DNA from: Candidatus Saccharimonadota bacterium
GTDB lineage: Bacteria > Patescibacteriota > Saccharimonadia > Saccharimonadales > Saccharimonadaceae
DNA length: 64,000 bases
Assembly (NCBI GenBank): GCA_027492465.1
Contig: JAPUET010000009.1
Span: forward strand, 15,687 to 79,686
Direction: 5' to 3'
The position numbers and the translations under genes are program-made. This document shows, in pieces, positions 49,960 to 60,472 of the stretch; the first letter of the stretch is position 1; every line of letters begins with the position of its first letter. The notes under the pieces were generated by a model. It did not search any database, was not told the origin of the DNA, and saw only the letters and a program-made list of their open reading frames with translations.

Positions 49960-50101
49960 AGATGTACCTTGCTACAATTTAAGCATAAACGACAATGTTT
50001 TACAACAAACCACACTATTATGTTCTGAATATAACAACAAGCAGTAATGAAGCGTACCGAAACATTTCTTAATAGACTCCAGACTGCTATAGTTTATAGA
50101 G

Positions 50102-51346
50102 ATGGCTTCGACAATAAAAAAGGATTACTTTTGGAATACACTGGGAGTGTTTCTTCAGAACGCACTATCTCCGCTGCTGCTGATTGTAGTCACCCGTATC
50201 AATGGTATCGATGATTCAGGAATCTTTTCCTACGCCTTTTCGGTCGCTATTATATTTTGGGCTATTGCAATGTGGGGAGGGCGAACCTATCAGGTCTCCG
50301 ATACAACCAAACGCTTTCAAGTACAGAGCTACATTGCAGTAAGATTAATTCTAGGCATTTTAGTGCTTATTTCAGCTTTAATTTTCTGTATATCAAATGG
50401 TTATGATGTCGAAAAGTCAAGCATTATAGTTACGCTTGTATGTGTAAAAATTATTGAGTCTATAGCCGACTCTATATACGGCGTACTACAAACAAACGAC
50501 CGGCTGTATGTAGCGGGCAGGTCGCTCATGTACAAATCAATTGGCGGGCTGGCGCTTTTCTTGATAATAAATGCTCTTTCGCAAGACATCTTTCTAAGTT
50601 GTCTAGGCCTTGTAATTGTTAACGCCATGCTTGTTGTCGCCTATGATATACCAGCCGTACAAAAACTCCAAAACATAGTTCCCCTAAGAGGGGAAGTAAA
50701 AGTATATATGATTGAATCCTTTGAAATTATGAGGCAAACTCTTGCGGTTTGTATGGTCTCTTTTTTAGCTGCATTTTCGCTTAATATCCCGCGCTACTAT
50801 CTGGATCTGAGCCATCCCGATCAGATAGGATACTTTGGTATAATTGCCATGCCAGTGACTTTAGTTGTGCTAGTTATAACCTTTATTCTCCAACCAAATA
50901 TCGTCAATCTTTCTCGCCAGCTTAAGATAAAGGAGTATACTCAATTTAATAAGACGGTCAATAGAATTATGGCTGTCACTTTCTTAGTAGGGTTGGTAGT
51001 CACCATACTCACCTATATGGTCGGTGTTCAGTTGTTGGATATAATATTTGGGTTGAACTTTTCCGCATATAAGACGGCACTAATGACGATAATAATTGGC
51101 GCAAGCTCGAGCGCCCTCGTTGCCATACTCATCAATATGCTCACTATTATGCGAAAGCTATGGATACAGGCTTTCGTACTTTTTATCAGTAACTTCTTTC
51201 TTGTTTTAGTATATATATTTTTTGCTAAAAATAGTGATATTGTTGGGAGTGTTATTATGTTCACAATAACAGCTACAGTACAAGCGCTTGTATTTTATAT
51301 GGTCTACTTTTATGAGATAAGGAAACTGAGGAATGAAAAAACTTAG
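50102..51346 (+). CDS. polysaccharide flippase (Wzx/MOP superfamily)
   Basis: 414-aa ORF with about 12 TM helices. N-terminus KKDYFWNTLGVFLQNALSPLLLIVVTRI is typical of Wzx/PST-type transporters. Confidence 0.8.
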   Translation: MASTIKKDYFWNTLGVFLQNALSPLLLIVVTRINGIDDSGIFSYAFSVAIIFWAIAMWGGRTYQVSDTTKRFQVQSYIAVRLILGILVLISALIFCISNGYDVEKSSIIVTLVCVKIIESIADSIYGVLQTNDRLYVAGRSLMYKSIGGLALFLIINALSQDIFLSCLGLVIVNAMLVVAYDIPAVQKLQNIVPLRGEVKVYMIESFEIMRQTLAVCMVSFLAAFSLNIPRYYLDLSHPDQIGYFGIIAMPVTLVVLVITFILQPNIVNLSRQLKIKEYTQFNKTVNRIMAVTFLVGLVVTILTYMVGVQLLDIIFGLNFSAYKTALMTIIIGASSSALVAILINMLTIMRKLWIQAFVLFISNFFLVLVYIFFAKNSDIVGSVIMFTITATVQALVFYMVYFYEIRKLRNEKT

Positions 51347-52322
51347 CATCATAATTCCGATATACAATGGTGAGCATTATGTTAAGAAGTGTGTCGACTC
51401 GGTCATTTCTCAACAAGGAGTTGATCTAAATGAGGTTGAGATACTGCTTATTAACGACGGGTCGAGGGACGGATCACTTACCGTAGCACAATATTATGAA
51501 AAGAGATTCCCAAATATTGTTAGGGTTATTGACCGTGCAAATAAAGGGGCAGCGTATACACGCAATCAGGGTATTAGGCGCGCCGTAGGAAAATACATCA
51601 TTTTACTTGATCAAGATGATTGGATAGACGAAGATTACTGTGCGGTGTTATTGCAAGCCATTGAGAAAGAGGACTGTGAAGTGGTGCAATCAGGCTTTAA
51701 GCTTGTTGATAAAAATAGTGAAACTATCAAGTCGGTAAAACCAGTTTCTACTGATTTTGGCCGACTCCTTGCCATACCGGCCTGGGCAAAAATTTATCGA
51801 GCCGATTTTCTTAAAAATCACGACATTTCCTTTTTCGAAAATAATATAGGTGAAGACAGTTTATTTACTTTAAAAGTAGCACTTCACGCAAGAAAGTATC
51901 AGACTATCGATTATTGTGGGTATAATAACTATTTCGATAACACTGATAATGTGACCAATACCCTCCATAAAGGACTTTCAGAGAAGGTAGATATTATAAA
52001 GCTGATGGACGCGATGAATTGTGTCCGAGCTAGTACTGTCGACCAGCGGCGTCTCCTTGACTATAATATGATACGGACCTGTATGTATTACCTACTGTCG
52101 TATGGTAAGTATGCCACGTCTCAGAGATTTGTTGAGGTGAACGAAACCCTTTTTAATTGGATGCAAGCAAATATTAAAAACTTTAAAATGAATCATTATG
52201 TTTGGAATAGACCAAAAGGAGAGCACCTATCTGCAAGTTTGGGGATAAAATTGATGATAATGGTGAATTCTCTGAACGTCGCCAGCTTGTTTGCTAAAAT
52301 ATATTGCAAAGGACGAGTCTAG
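51333..52322 (+). CDS. glycosyltransferase family 2
   Basis: 329-aa ORF. Contains LSIIIPIYNGEHYV, LINDGSRDGS and LLDQDDW motifs. Confidence 0.88.
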   Translation: MKKLSIIIPIYNGEHYVKKCVDSVISQQGVDLNEVEILLINDGSRDGSLTVAQYYEKRFPNIVRVIDRANKGAAYTRNQGIRRAVGKYIILLDQDDWIDEDYCAVLLQAIEKEDCEVVQSGFKLVDKNSETIKSVKPVSTDFGRLLAIPAWAKIYRADFLKNHDISFFENNIGEDSLFTLKVALHARKYQTIDYCGYNNYFDNTDNVTNTLHKGLSEKVDIIKLMDAMNCVRASTVDQRRLLDYNMIRTCMYYLLSYGKYATSQRFVEVNETLFNWMQANIKNFKMNHYVWNRPKGEHLSASLGIKLMIMVNSLNVASLFAKIYCKGRV

Positions 52323-52332
52323 AAGAATTTAT

Positions 52333-53367
52333 ATGCAAAAGATCTTAAATATACTTCATCAAAGCAACGACACCTATACCATGGTATGTGCTACCTCAAT
52401 AGTTTCATTGCTTGAAAATAATCGAACGCTCGATGAGATTAATATCTACTATTTAGGCTATAAGATATCTGCTCAAAATAGACAGTGGCTGGAAGAGACG
52501 ACCGCTCCATACGAAAATACGAAACTATATTTTATTAACGCCGACAAATATCATCGCCAACTAGAAGAGTTAGGGGTGAGTTCATGGCGCGGACTGTATG
52601 TCACCTGGTTGAAGTTACTTGCCATCAATGATTTGCAACTAAAGACCGATCGAATCCTTTACGTTAATGCGCATACTATCGTTAACGCTGCGCTTGATGG
52701 GCTGATTGATGTTGATTTTGAAGGTAACGTCTTAGGGCTTTCTTACGACTGCCTGCTCAACGACCATAAGGAAACGATTGGATTAAAGCCCACCGACGGT
52801 TATTACAACTGTGGTGTAATGCTGTTTAATCATAAAAAATGGCTAGAAGACGGGATTGATTCAGAAATTCGAACACAACTAAAGAAGAAAAGCGACTACC
52901 TTATTGTCGATCAAGACTTTTGTAATGTTCTATTTCGGGATCGAATTAAGCTTCTTGATTCAACGTATAATTTCTCGAGCGCATACTACGGCTATAATTT
53001 GAAAGGTCTCCTAAAGACAAACAATCTTCAGTCATCTTATTTTTACACCTACGAGAATCTGATGGCAAATTACTACGCGCCAAAAATAATCCATTCACTG
53101 TTTGGCATAACGGGCAAGCCCTGGGAGCATGGTACTAAACATCCACAACGCCAATTGTGGCGAAAATATATAGACATGACTCCATGGAAAGACACAGAGA
53201 TGCCACAAGCGCACTACAACATCAACTGGCTTTTGTATGATATATTACCTCAACGTCTATTCTTGGTGGTATATAAAATAGCAGTGAAAAGCAAATATGG
53301 TCAGAAAAAACGAAACAAGCTGATCGTCATCATTCTCGATAAGTTTACGCCCCAAAAAGGAACCTAG
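52333..53367 (+). CDS. glycosyltransferase family 8
   Basis: Start chosen at MQKILNILHQSNDTY (the ORF track starts at 52291). Contains YLNAHTIV, YYNCGVMLFNHKKW and DQDFCNVLF, typical GT8 (RfaJ/GspA-like) motifs. Confidence 0.82.
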   Translation: MQKILNILHQSNDTYTMVCATSIVSLLENNRTLDEINIYYLGYKISAQNRQWLEETTAPYENTKLYFINADKYHRQLEELGVSSWRGLYVTWLKLLAINDLQLKTDRILYVNAHTIVNAALDGLIDVDFEGNVLGLSYDCLLNDHKETIGLKPTDGYYNCGVMLFNHKKWLEDGIDSEIRTQLKKKSDYLIVDQDFCNVLFRDRIKLLDSTYNFSSAYYGYNLKGLLKTNNLQSSYFYTYENLMANYYAPKIIHSLFGITGKPWEHGTKHPQRQLWRKYIDMTPWKDTEMPQAHYNINWLLYDILPQRLFLVVYKIAVKSKYGQKKRNKLIVIILDKFTPQKGT

Positions 53368-53369
53368 CG

Positions 53370-54179
53370 TTATTTAGAGAGAAAGCTGTGGATTCTGGAA
53401 ATTACTCGAAGTCTAGCGGCTCGACTTGCTTTATGCCATCCAAGTTTTTTGAATATGCTAGCGAAATAATCATAGACGACATCTTCTTCATTGAAACGTA
53501 CGCCGGTTTTTTCTTTGCTCGAGAGTGAGTTGGCCGAGCGGCGATATTGAAAGGTTTCGGCATCATCCAAGTATAGTGTTCCACCGGCGCAGATGATATT
53601 GAATTCTACATCTACATCCTCGACTATCTTGTAGTCGGGATTGAAGGGATATTTCTTCAGTGTTTCTGTTTTCCATAGGATAGATGGAAAGTAGAGCCAA
53701 TTACCTCGACTGAGTGAGGCGGCGAGGGCTTCGCCTGAATAGATGCCAGGTTTTTTAGGTCGTAACACGCGTTTAATTTTATCGACAAGCGGTAAGTATT
53801 CTGAATCATTTTCGTCGATTACTTGAACGCCTGGCTGATAAAAATCTGCGGTACCAACTTTTTCGAGCGCTCTTTCTAAGTAGTGTGGGAGTAGCTTGTC
53901 GTCGCATCCGAGCAATACGCAGTACGGCGCAGATGCCTGACTGACGGCATAGTTAAAATTATTAGTAATGCCAATGTTTTTTTCGTGACGATAATAAGTT
54001 ACGCGCGGATCTTTAAGTTTTTCAAAGTATGCTGCGGCTGCACCAGAAGGATAGCAGTCGTCTACAACAAGGAGTCGCCAGTCTTGATATGTTTGAGCTA
54101 TGACCGATTCGGTAGCTTTTTTGAGTAACTCGAAATCTCCCCAATAAGTGAGAAGGATATCAACCGTTGGTTGTTTCAT
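53370..54179 (-). CDS. glycosyltransferase family 2
   Basis: 269-aa ORF. Contains VDILLTYWGDFELL, VVDDCYP and LLGCDDKL motifs. Confidence 0.85.
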   Translation of the reverse strand: MKQPTVDILLTYWGDFELLKKATESVIAQTYQDWRLLVVDDCYPSGAAAAYFEKLKDPRVTYYRHEKNIGITNNFNYAVSQASAPYCVLLGCDDKLLPHYLERALEKVGTADFYQPGVQVIDENDSEYLPLVDKIKRVLRPKKPGIYSGEALAASLSRGNWLYFPSILWKTETLKKYPFNPDYKIVEDVDVEFNIICAGGTLYLDDAETFQYRRSANSLSSKEKTGVRFNEEDVVYDYFASIFKKLGWHKASRAARLRVISRIHSFLSK

Positions 54180-54525
54180 TGGTTGCCAACTTTATAGAGA
54201 GTTCTTGGTGAAGATCGCGAAGGCGTCGCTCGGTTTGTTCGTGTTTTTGGCGTTGGTCGTTGATAACGTATATAAGAAATACAATAGCAGTGGTTTGAAC
54301 GATGTCAAATGCGCTGAGCGCAATGGAATCAAGCGCTGGGTGACCAACAATAAGGTTATAAACAGGGAATGACCCAACCAACACGATAAGAATTATTACC
54401 CACAGAATACACTGCTTTACGAAGCGCTGCTTCGGTATGCGCCCCATCTTGTACTTAGTAAGGATGTTTAGCAGAGCAAGGCCAATGACCGGCAGATTTA
54501 GTAATACAAGAATAATGTATCTCAT
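54160..54525 (-). CDS. small 4-TM membrane protein (DUF2304-like)
   Basis: 121-aa ORF. It overlaps both neighbouring GT2 genes (by 4 and 20 nt). Hydrophobic helices followed by a charged C-terminal helix (QRQKHEQTERRLRDLHQEL). Confidence 0.6.
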   Translation of the reverse strand: MRYIILVLLNLPVIGLALLNILTKYKMGRIPKQRFVKQCILWVIILIVLVGSFPVYNLIVGHPALDSIALSAFDIVQTTAIVFLIYVINDQRQKHEQTERRLRDLHQELSIKLATNETTNG

Positions 54526-55232
54526 TCAAATATCTCCACAAGACGCCGACGGACAAGGCTCTTTAAAATGTTAACCCCGTTCCAGTTGTTCTGACCTTTT
54601 GCTTTTGAATAATCGGTGTAAATAACGGTAATCGGATACTCTCCAATTGTGAGTTTTAGCTGGTTTGCCCGCCAAATCATTTCTGAGCAAAATTCATAGC
54701 CACTTGTTTTCCATCGAAGTTGCTCAAGAGCTTTACGCGAATAAATTCGCATGCCTGATTGAGAATCGCTTGTGTAAACGCCAAATAACACCATGGTAAT
54801 AAAACTTAGTCCCCAGTTGCCAATACGCTTTAGTAGGGACATTTCTTTTGCGGAGGTATCGATTAAGCGGCTTCCGATTAAAAGATCGGCGTTCTGAGCT
54901 TGAATTTCTTTAATGCCTCGTACTATATCTTTAGAACTATGCTGACCATCGGCGTCCATGGTTGCGGCGATATCGTAGCCCATTTGGTTTGCATAACTTA
55001 GCCCGGTGGCGGTTGCCGCCCCTGCGCCACTATTTAGAATATGATCGATAACTTTTGCTCCGCCGAGCCGTGCCTGCTGAGCAGTATTGTCTTTTGAGCC
55101 GTCGTTGACTACTACGACATCGGCGTCGTATTTTTTGGACTTTAGCTGGGACTTAATATCTTTAACGACCTCAGCAATAACCTTGCCTTCGTTAAAGGCA
55201 GGTATGACAATACATACTCGCAAAGACTTCAT
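54522..55232 (-). CDS. glycosyltransferase family 2 (polyprenol-phosphate sugar transferase-like, soluble)
   Basis: 236-aa ORF. Contains CIVIPAFNEGKVI, VVNDGSKDNT and TMDADGQH motifs. Confidence 0.87.
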   Translation of the reverse strand: MKSLRVCIVIPAFNEGKVIAEVVKDIKSQLKSKKYDADVVVVNDGSKDNTAQQARLGGAKVIDHILNSGAGAATATGLSYANQMGYDIAATMDADGQHSSKDIVRGIKEIQAQNADLLIGSRLIDTSAKEMSLLKRIGNWGLSFITMVLFGVYTSDSQSGMRIYSRKALEQLRWKTSGYEFCSEMIWRANQLKLTIGEYPITVIYTDYSKAKGQNNWNGVNILKSLVRRRLVEIFE

Positions 55233-55257
55233 ATAGCTCTATTATAGCAAATCGAAA

Positions 55258-56109
55258 CTATCTTAAGAGGTAGTTTCCGTAGCCGGATTTTTTTAGTGGT
55301 TCTGCGAGGGCGGCAAGTTCATCTTTTGTAATGAATCCTTGTTGGCAGGCAACCTTTTCTGGGCTACCAATAATCTGACCGGTACGTTTTTGAATGACTC
55401 GTACGAAATCGGCTGCGTCGGTCATACTATCGATAGTACCCGTATCGAGCCAGACATCGCCGTTATCAAGTGCTTGAACAGACAGCTTACTGCGGCGAAG
55501 GTATTCGGCATTAACGGCAGTTATTTCTAGTTCGCCGCGCTCGCTTGGCTGTATGTTTTTAGCAATTTCCACTACGTCGTTGTCATAGAAGTAAAGGCCA
55601 ACGACCGCAAAGTTGCTTTTTGGCTCTTGTGGCTTTTCTTCAATAGAAATTGCCTGATTTTCGGCATTAAATTCTACGACACCGTAGCGTTCAGGGTCTG
55701 AGACTTCATAGGCAAATACAATGCCACCATCTGGGTCGGTGGATGCCTTCAATGATTCGTCGAGCTCGTCGCCATAGAAAATATTGTCACCTAGTACAAG
55801 TGCTACTTTATCGCCGCCGATAAACTCTTCGCCAATAATAAAGGCTTGCGCCAGACCATCGGGGCTCGGCTGGACAGCGTAAGATAGGGAAATGCCCCAC
55901 TGTGAGCCATCGCCAAGTAAACGCTTAAAACTCTCGGAATCCTCGGGTGTGGTAATAATAAGGATGTCCCGAATTCCCGCTTGCATAAGCGTGGTTAGGG
56001 GGTAATAGATCATCGGCTTATCGTAAATCGGCATCAGCTGCTTAGAAATACCTTTTGTAATTGGCCAAAGCCGCGTGCCGGACCCACCGGCTAAAATAAT
56101 ACCTTTCAT
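55258..56109 (-). CDS. rfbA: glucose-1-phosphate thymidylyltransferase
   Basis: Start chosen at [18 protein letters not shown] (56109), overlapping the rfbD stop (ATGA). Contains [16 protein letters not shown] and further RmlA motifs. Confidence 0.95.
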   Translation of the reverse strand: MKGIILAGGSGTRLWPITKGISKQLMPIYDKPMIYYPLTTLMQAGIRDILIITTPEDSESFKRLLGDGSQWGISLSYAVQPSPDGLAQAFIIGEEFIGGDKVALVLGDNIFYGDELDESLKASTDPDGGIVFAYEVSDPERYGVVEFNAENQAISIEEKPQEPKSNFAVVGLYFYDNDVVEIAKNIQPSERGELEITAVNAEYLRRSKLSVQALDNGDVWLDTGTIDSMTDAADFVRVIQKRTGQIIGSPEKVACQQGFITKDELAALAEPLKKSGYGNYLLR

Positions 56110-56963
56110 GATTGTTGCTCCTTTGCAATATAGGCTTTTAATTCGTCTTGCCAATTCTTACTTTCGAATCCAGTTGCCTGTAACTTTTCTAGGCTCATGA
56201 TGCTGCCTAGTGGTCGAGGTGCGATACCTTCTTTGCCGGCAAAATACTCGGCGGTTGTGGTATCGGTGACGTTACTGTCCGTATAGCCTGCATACGAGAA
56301 TATCTGACGGGTAATTTCCGCCCAGCTTGCTGCGGGGCCATCGTTGGTGACGTTGTAGGTGCCAAACGGCGCATCACTTGTAAGTAGGTGGTCGATGGCA
56401 CGTGCCAGTTCGCTAGTGAATGTAAGACGTCCAACCTGATCGCTCACTACAGAGGGAGAAATGCCCCTTTTTGCAAGGTCTAACATGGTTCGAACAAAAT
56501 TCTTGCCCTCGCCAATTACCCAGGTGGTGCGGAGTAGGTAATAGTTCGGCAGTATTGCCACCGCTAAATCGCCGGCTGCCTTGCTCGCTCCATACACACT
56601 TAATGGACTGAACGGCTCATCTTCAGTATGGAGTTCTTTTGTACCGTCAAATACATAGTCGCTGGAAATGTGCACGAGGGTGATATTGTACTTTTTGGCA
56701 ATTCTTACAAGATTGGCTACGGCTATCGCATTCACTTTCCAAGCGGCAACACGGCCTTCTGGAGTTTCGGCCCCATCAACATTCGTATATGCGGCCGCGT
56801 TGAGGATGGTAGTAATGCCAGACCAATCAAAATTCTCTACCGATTCGCGACTGGTTATGTCGAGCTCGGCGATATCGGCAGATCGAGCCGTGGGGTACTG
56901 AGCGCGAAGTGCGGTGCCCAGCTGGCCGTTTGCACCGACAATAAAAATATGAGAATGGTCCAT
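56106..56963 (-). CDS. rfbD: dTDP-4-dehydrorhamnose reductase
   Basis: 285-aa ORF. Rossmann [11 protein letters not shown] and SDYVFDG...YGASK (YxxxK) typical of RmlD. Confidence 0.93.
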   Translation of the reverse strand: MDHSHIFIVGANGQLGTALRAQYPTARSADIAELDITSRESVENFDWSGITTILNAAAYTNVDGAETPEGRVAAWKVNAIAVANLVRIAKKYNITLVHISSDYVFDGTKELHTEDEPFSPLSVYGASKAAGDLAVAILPNYYLLRTTWVIGEGKNFVRTMLDLAKRGISPSVVSDQVGRLTFTSELARAIDHLLTSDAPFGTYNVTNDGPAASWAEITRQIFSYAGYTDSNVTDTTTAEYFAGKEGIAPRPLGSIMSLEKLQATGFESKNWQDELKAYIAKEQQS

Positions 56964-57064
56964 CTAAGTGCTCCTTTCAAGGTGTTGTTCAAGAATAGCG
57001 GCGACTTGCTGGTATGCCTTTTGATTTTGGATACTACTGGTGGAAACTATACAGGTCATATCGT

Positions 57065-57652
57065 TTACTGCTCCGCACTAGAATTGATAGGGCTAACATC
57101 GGTAAGAAACGGATGACTGGCGTCCTTGTCAGAGATAACGGCATCTTCTTTAGGGATTGGCCACTGAATAGCTGCTGTTGGGTCGAATAAGTTAACAAAT
57201 GTATATTTGGCGTCAGCAGACCAATGAGCGTTAACAAGGTAGGTGTAGGTAACGTTATCTTCAAGTGTTTGGTAGCCGTTAGCTACTCCCCGAGGGACAA
57301 ACACGGCTACACCGGGATTAATCTCTATGCTAAAAGTTGTGCCGAAACTTGAGCCTTCGCGTAGGTCAACCCATGCGCCAAATACAGATCCGTTCGCGAC
57401 AGAAATAAATTTTTCCCATGGCTCTGCGTGAAGGCCGCGTGTGGCGCCGCACTTATCGTTAAAACTAAAGTTATTCTGTACAACCTCAAAGTGAGGAAGA
57501 CCGAGCGCTTCCATTTTTTCTTGCTGATAATTTTCCTTAAACCATCCACGATTGTCGCCGTGGACCGGTAGGTGTATGACATATAGACCGGGAATTGGTG
57601 ACTCGGTGACGGTGAGATCATTGTATTGACTAGGATCGAATTGAGAAGACAT
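57065..57652 (-). CDS. rfbC: dTDP-4-dehydrorhamnose 3,5-epimerase
   Basis: 195-aa ORF. Contains DNRGWFKE, RGLHAEPW and FVPRGVANGYQTL, cupin-type RmlC motifs. Confidence 0.93.
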   Translation of the reverse strand: MSSQFDPSQYNDLTVTESPIPGLYVIHLPVHGDNRGWFKENYQQEKMEALGLPHFEVVQNNFSFNDKCGATRGLHAEPWEKFISVANGSVFGAWVDLREGSSFGTTFSIEINPGVAVFVPRGVANGYQTLEDNVTYTYLVNAHWSADAKYTFVNLFDPTAAIQWPIPKEDAVISDKDASHPFLTDVSPINSSAEQ

Positions 57653-57654
57653 TA

Positions 57655-58674
<1,020 letters not shown>

Positions 58675-58792
58675 CTATTTCGTCTATTGTGGTTTTTGCT
58701 CATGTTACTTTATGTAAAAATAACAACACCCTGTTACGGTATATACTGTCAGCAAGATGAGATATAATTTAGGAAACAGCAAGGAGTAAAAA

Positions 58793-59245
58793 ATGAAGCG
58801 AGTTATTGTAAGCGGCTATTTTAATCCCCTCCATGGTGGACATCTTGATATGATTGAGGCTGCAAAGAAGCTTGGCGACTATCTTATTGTGGTAGTAAAT
58901 AATGACGTACAGGCAGTCATGAAGAAGGGAAAAATCATTCTTGATGAGCAAAATCGCCTGCGGCTCATTGGCGCTCTGCGCGATGTTGATGAAGCAATAT
59001 TGTCGATTGATACGGCAGATACATCGCAAACACAAACGTTAGGGATAATTCGCAGGAAGTATCCTGATGATGTATTAATATTCGGCAATGGTGGTGACCG
59101 CCGCGAGGGGCTTTCGCTGCCCGAAAATGAATATGCTGCTTGTAAAGAGTGCGACATAGAGATGGTATTTGGTGTAGGGAGTGATGCTGTTGAAAAGCGT
59201 GACTCATCAACACGTATTAACGTAGCATCCGGACACGAATCGTAA
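58793..59245 (+). CDS. cytidylyltransferase-family nucleotidyltransferase (TagD / RfaE-II-like)
   Basis: 150-aa ORF with an AAGGAG SD. Contains VIVSGYFNPLHGGHLDMIEAA (HxGH motif) and a C-terminal ..SSTRI.. region. Confidence 0.8.
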   Translation: MKRVIVSGYFNPLHGGHLDMIEAAKKLGDYLIVVVNNDVQAVMKKGKIILDEQNRLRLIGALRDVDEAILSIDTADTSQTQTLGIIRRKYPDDVLIFGNGGDRREGLSLPENEYAACKECDIEMVFGVGSDAVEKRDSSTRINVASGHES

Positions 59246-59257
59246 CCACGCTATTCT

Positions 59258-60391
59258 CTAAGAAGATTTTGTTACGTAGCCAGAGACAATCTTGCGCATC
59301 TTGGTGATAAATAATCCTCTATCGAATCGTTTTGCAGTGCGTTGCAGTTTTGATGGAAAGAACTTAAGTTTTTCGGCGCGTTTTATAGCACCGATTACAT
59401 CCTCAACGGTTTGGTGGCGGAATAGAACACCTACTTCTTCACTATCGACAATCTCAAGCGTGCCTGCTTTGCCGTAGGCGATGACAGGTGCCCCGGCGGC
59501 AAGCGCTTCTACCGTCACGATACCAAAATCTTCCTCGGCTGCATAGATGAAGCCCTTAGCCGAGTTAATTGCTTTTTCGAGCTCGGCATCTGATGCGTTG
59601 CCGTAGCGATCGGTGAGGAATTCTATTGTAGCACCGGCGGTTTTAACCAATTTGTCGTGCATTGGGCCGTTGCCGAACACTTTGAGCGGTAGATTAAGAC
59701 GGGTACACGCCTCAACGGCTAGGTCGTAGCGCTTATAGGGGAGCTGTCGACCCATGGTAACGTAGTAGTCGCCTCGTTTACGTGCAGGTGAGAAACGGCC
59801 AGTATCGACGGACGGATACACCACAATACTTTTACGACCATAATATTTTTCAATTCGTTTTGCGGTTGCGGACGAATTGGCAATAAAAAGGTCTACTTTT
59901 CTTGCAGCCTGTAAGTCTAGCTTGCGCTGGCGTGGCACCATGAGTGGCATGAGTGCTCGAATGGCTGGATTTAGCTTGCCGTAGCCCGGGTCTTTGCGGT
60001 ACTCATCGTAGTGACTCCAGTAGTAACGCGGCGGCGTATGACAGTAGGCGATCAGCGTTTGGTCGGGACGTGTTTTGGTGATTTGGTGGCCATGAAGGTA
60101 GGTGCTGGCAATAATAATGTCAAATTCCGATAGGTCGAGCTTCCGCATAGCCTTTATAGCCATAGTAGGGAACAGTTTGTAGTAGCCGCGGAGCTTTTTA
60201 GGTAGTTTTTGTAATCTTGAGGTTCGGACATCGAGCTGATGAAAAGCGGGCATTTTATCTTTGTTGTAAATGGCTGTGTAAATTGGCGCACCCGGAAACG
60301 CTTCGGCGAGAGCATGCACCACTGTCTCCGCTCCGCCCATAACAGTGAGAAAGTCGCAGACAATGGCAATTTTTGGTTTCTGAGCGGTCAT
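59258..60391 (-). CDS. glycosyltransferase family 4 (GT-B)
   Basis: 377-aa ORF. N-terminus IAIVCDFLTVMGGAE. C-terminal AAEEDFGIVTVEALAAGAPVIAYG (E-x7-E). Confidence 0.88.
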   Translation of the reverse strand: MTAQKPKIAIVCDFLTVMGGAETVVHALAEAFPGAPIYTAIYNKDKMPAFHQLDVRTSRLQKLPKKLRGYYKLFPTMAIKAMRKLDLSEFDIIIASTYLHGHQITKTRPDQTLIAYCHTPPRYYWSHYDEYRKDPGYGKLNPAIRALMPLMVPRQRKLDLQAARKVDLFIANSSATAKRIEKYYGRKSIVVYPSVDTGRFSPARKRGDYYVTMGRQLPYKRYDLAVEACTRLNLPLKVFGNGPMHDKLVKTAGATIEFLTDRYGNASDAELEKAINSAKGFIYAAEEDFGIVTVEALAAGAPVIAYGKAGTLEIVDSEEVGVLFRHQTVEDVIGAIKRAEKLKFFPSKLQRTAKRFDRGLFITKMRKIVSGYVTKSS

Positions 60392-60472
60392 AATACTCTA
60401 TTATACCTGTTTTTAGTAGAAAAAATTGGAAGCTGTATATGCTTGTCTATCTGAAAAACAGCTGGTACTATC

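Noticed and set aside
56964-57059. 31-aa ORF (MTCIVSTSSIQNQKAYQQVAAILEQHLERST) filling the 100-nt rfbC-rfbD gap
   Set aside because: Its ATG is 5 nt after the rfbC stop with no SD. It has no hydrophobic or otherwise recognisable character. The gap more likely holds the rfbD ribosome-binding region (AAAGGAGC). It could be revisited with ribosome profiling.
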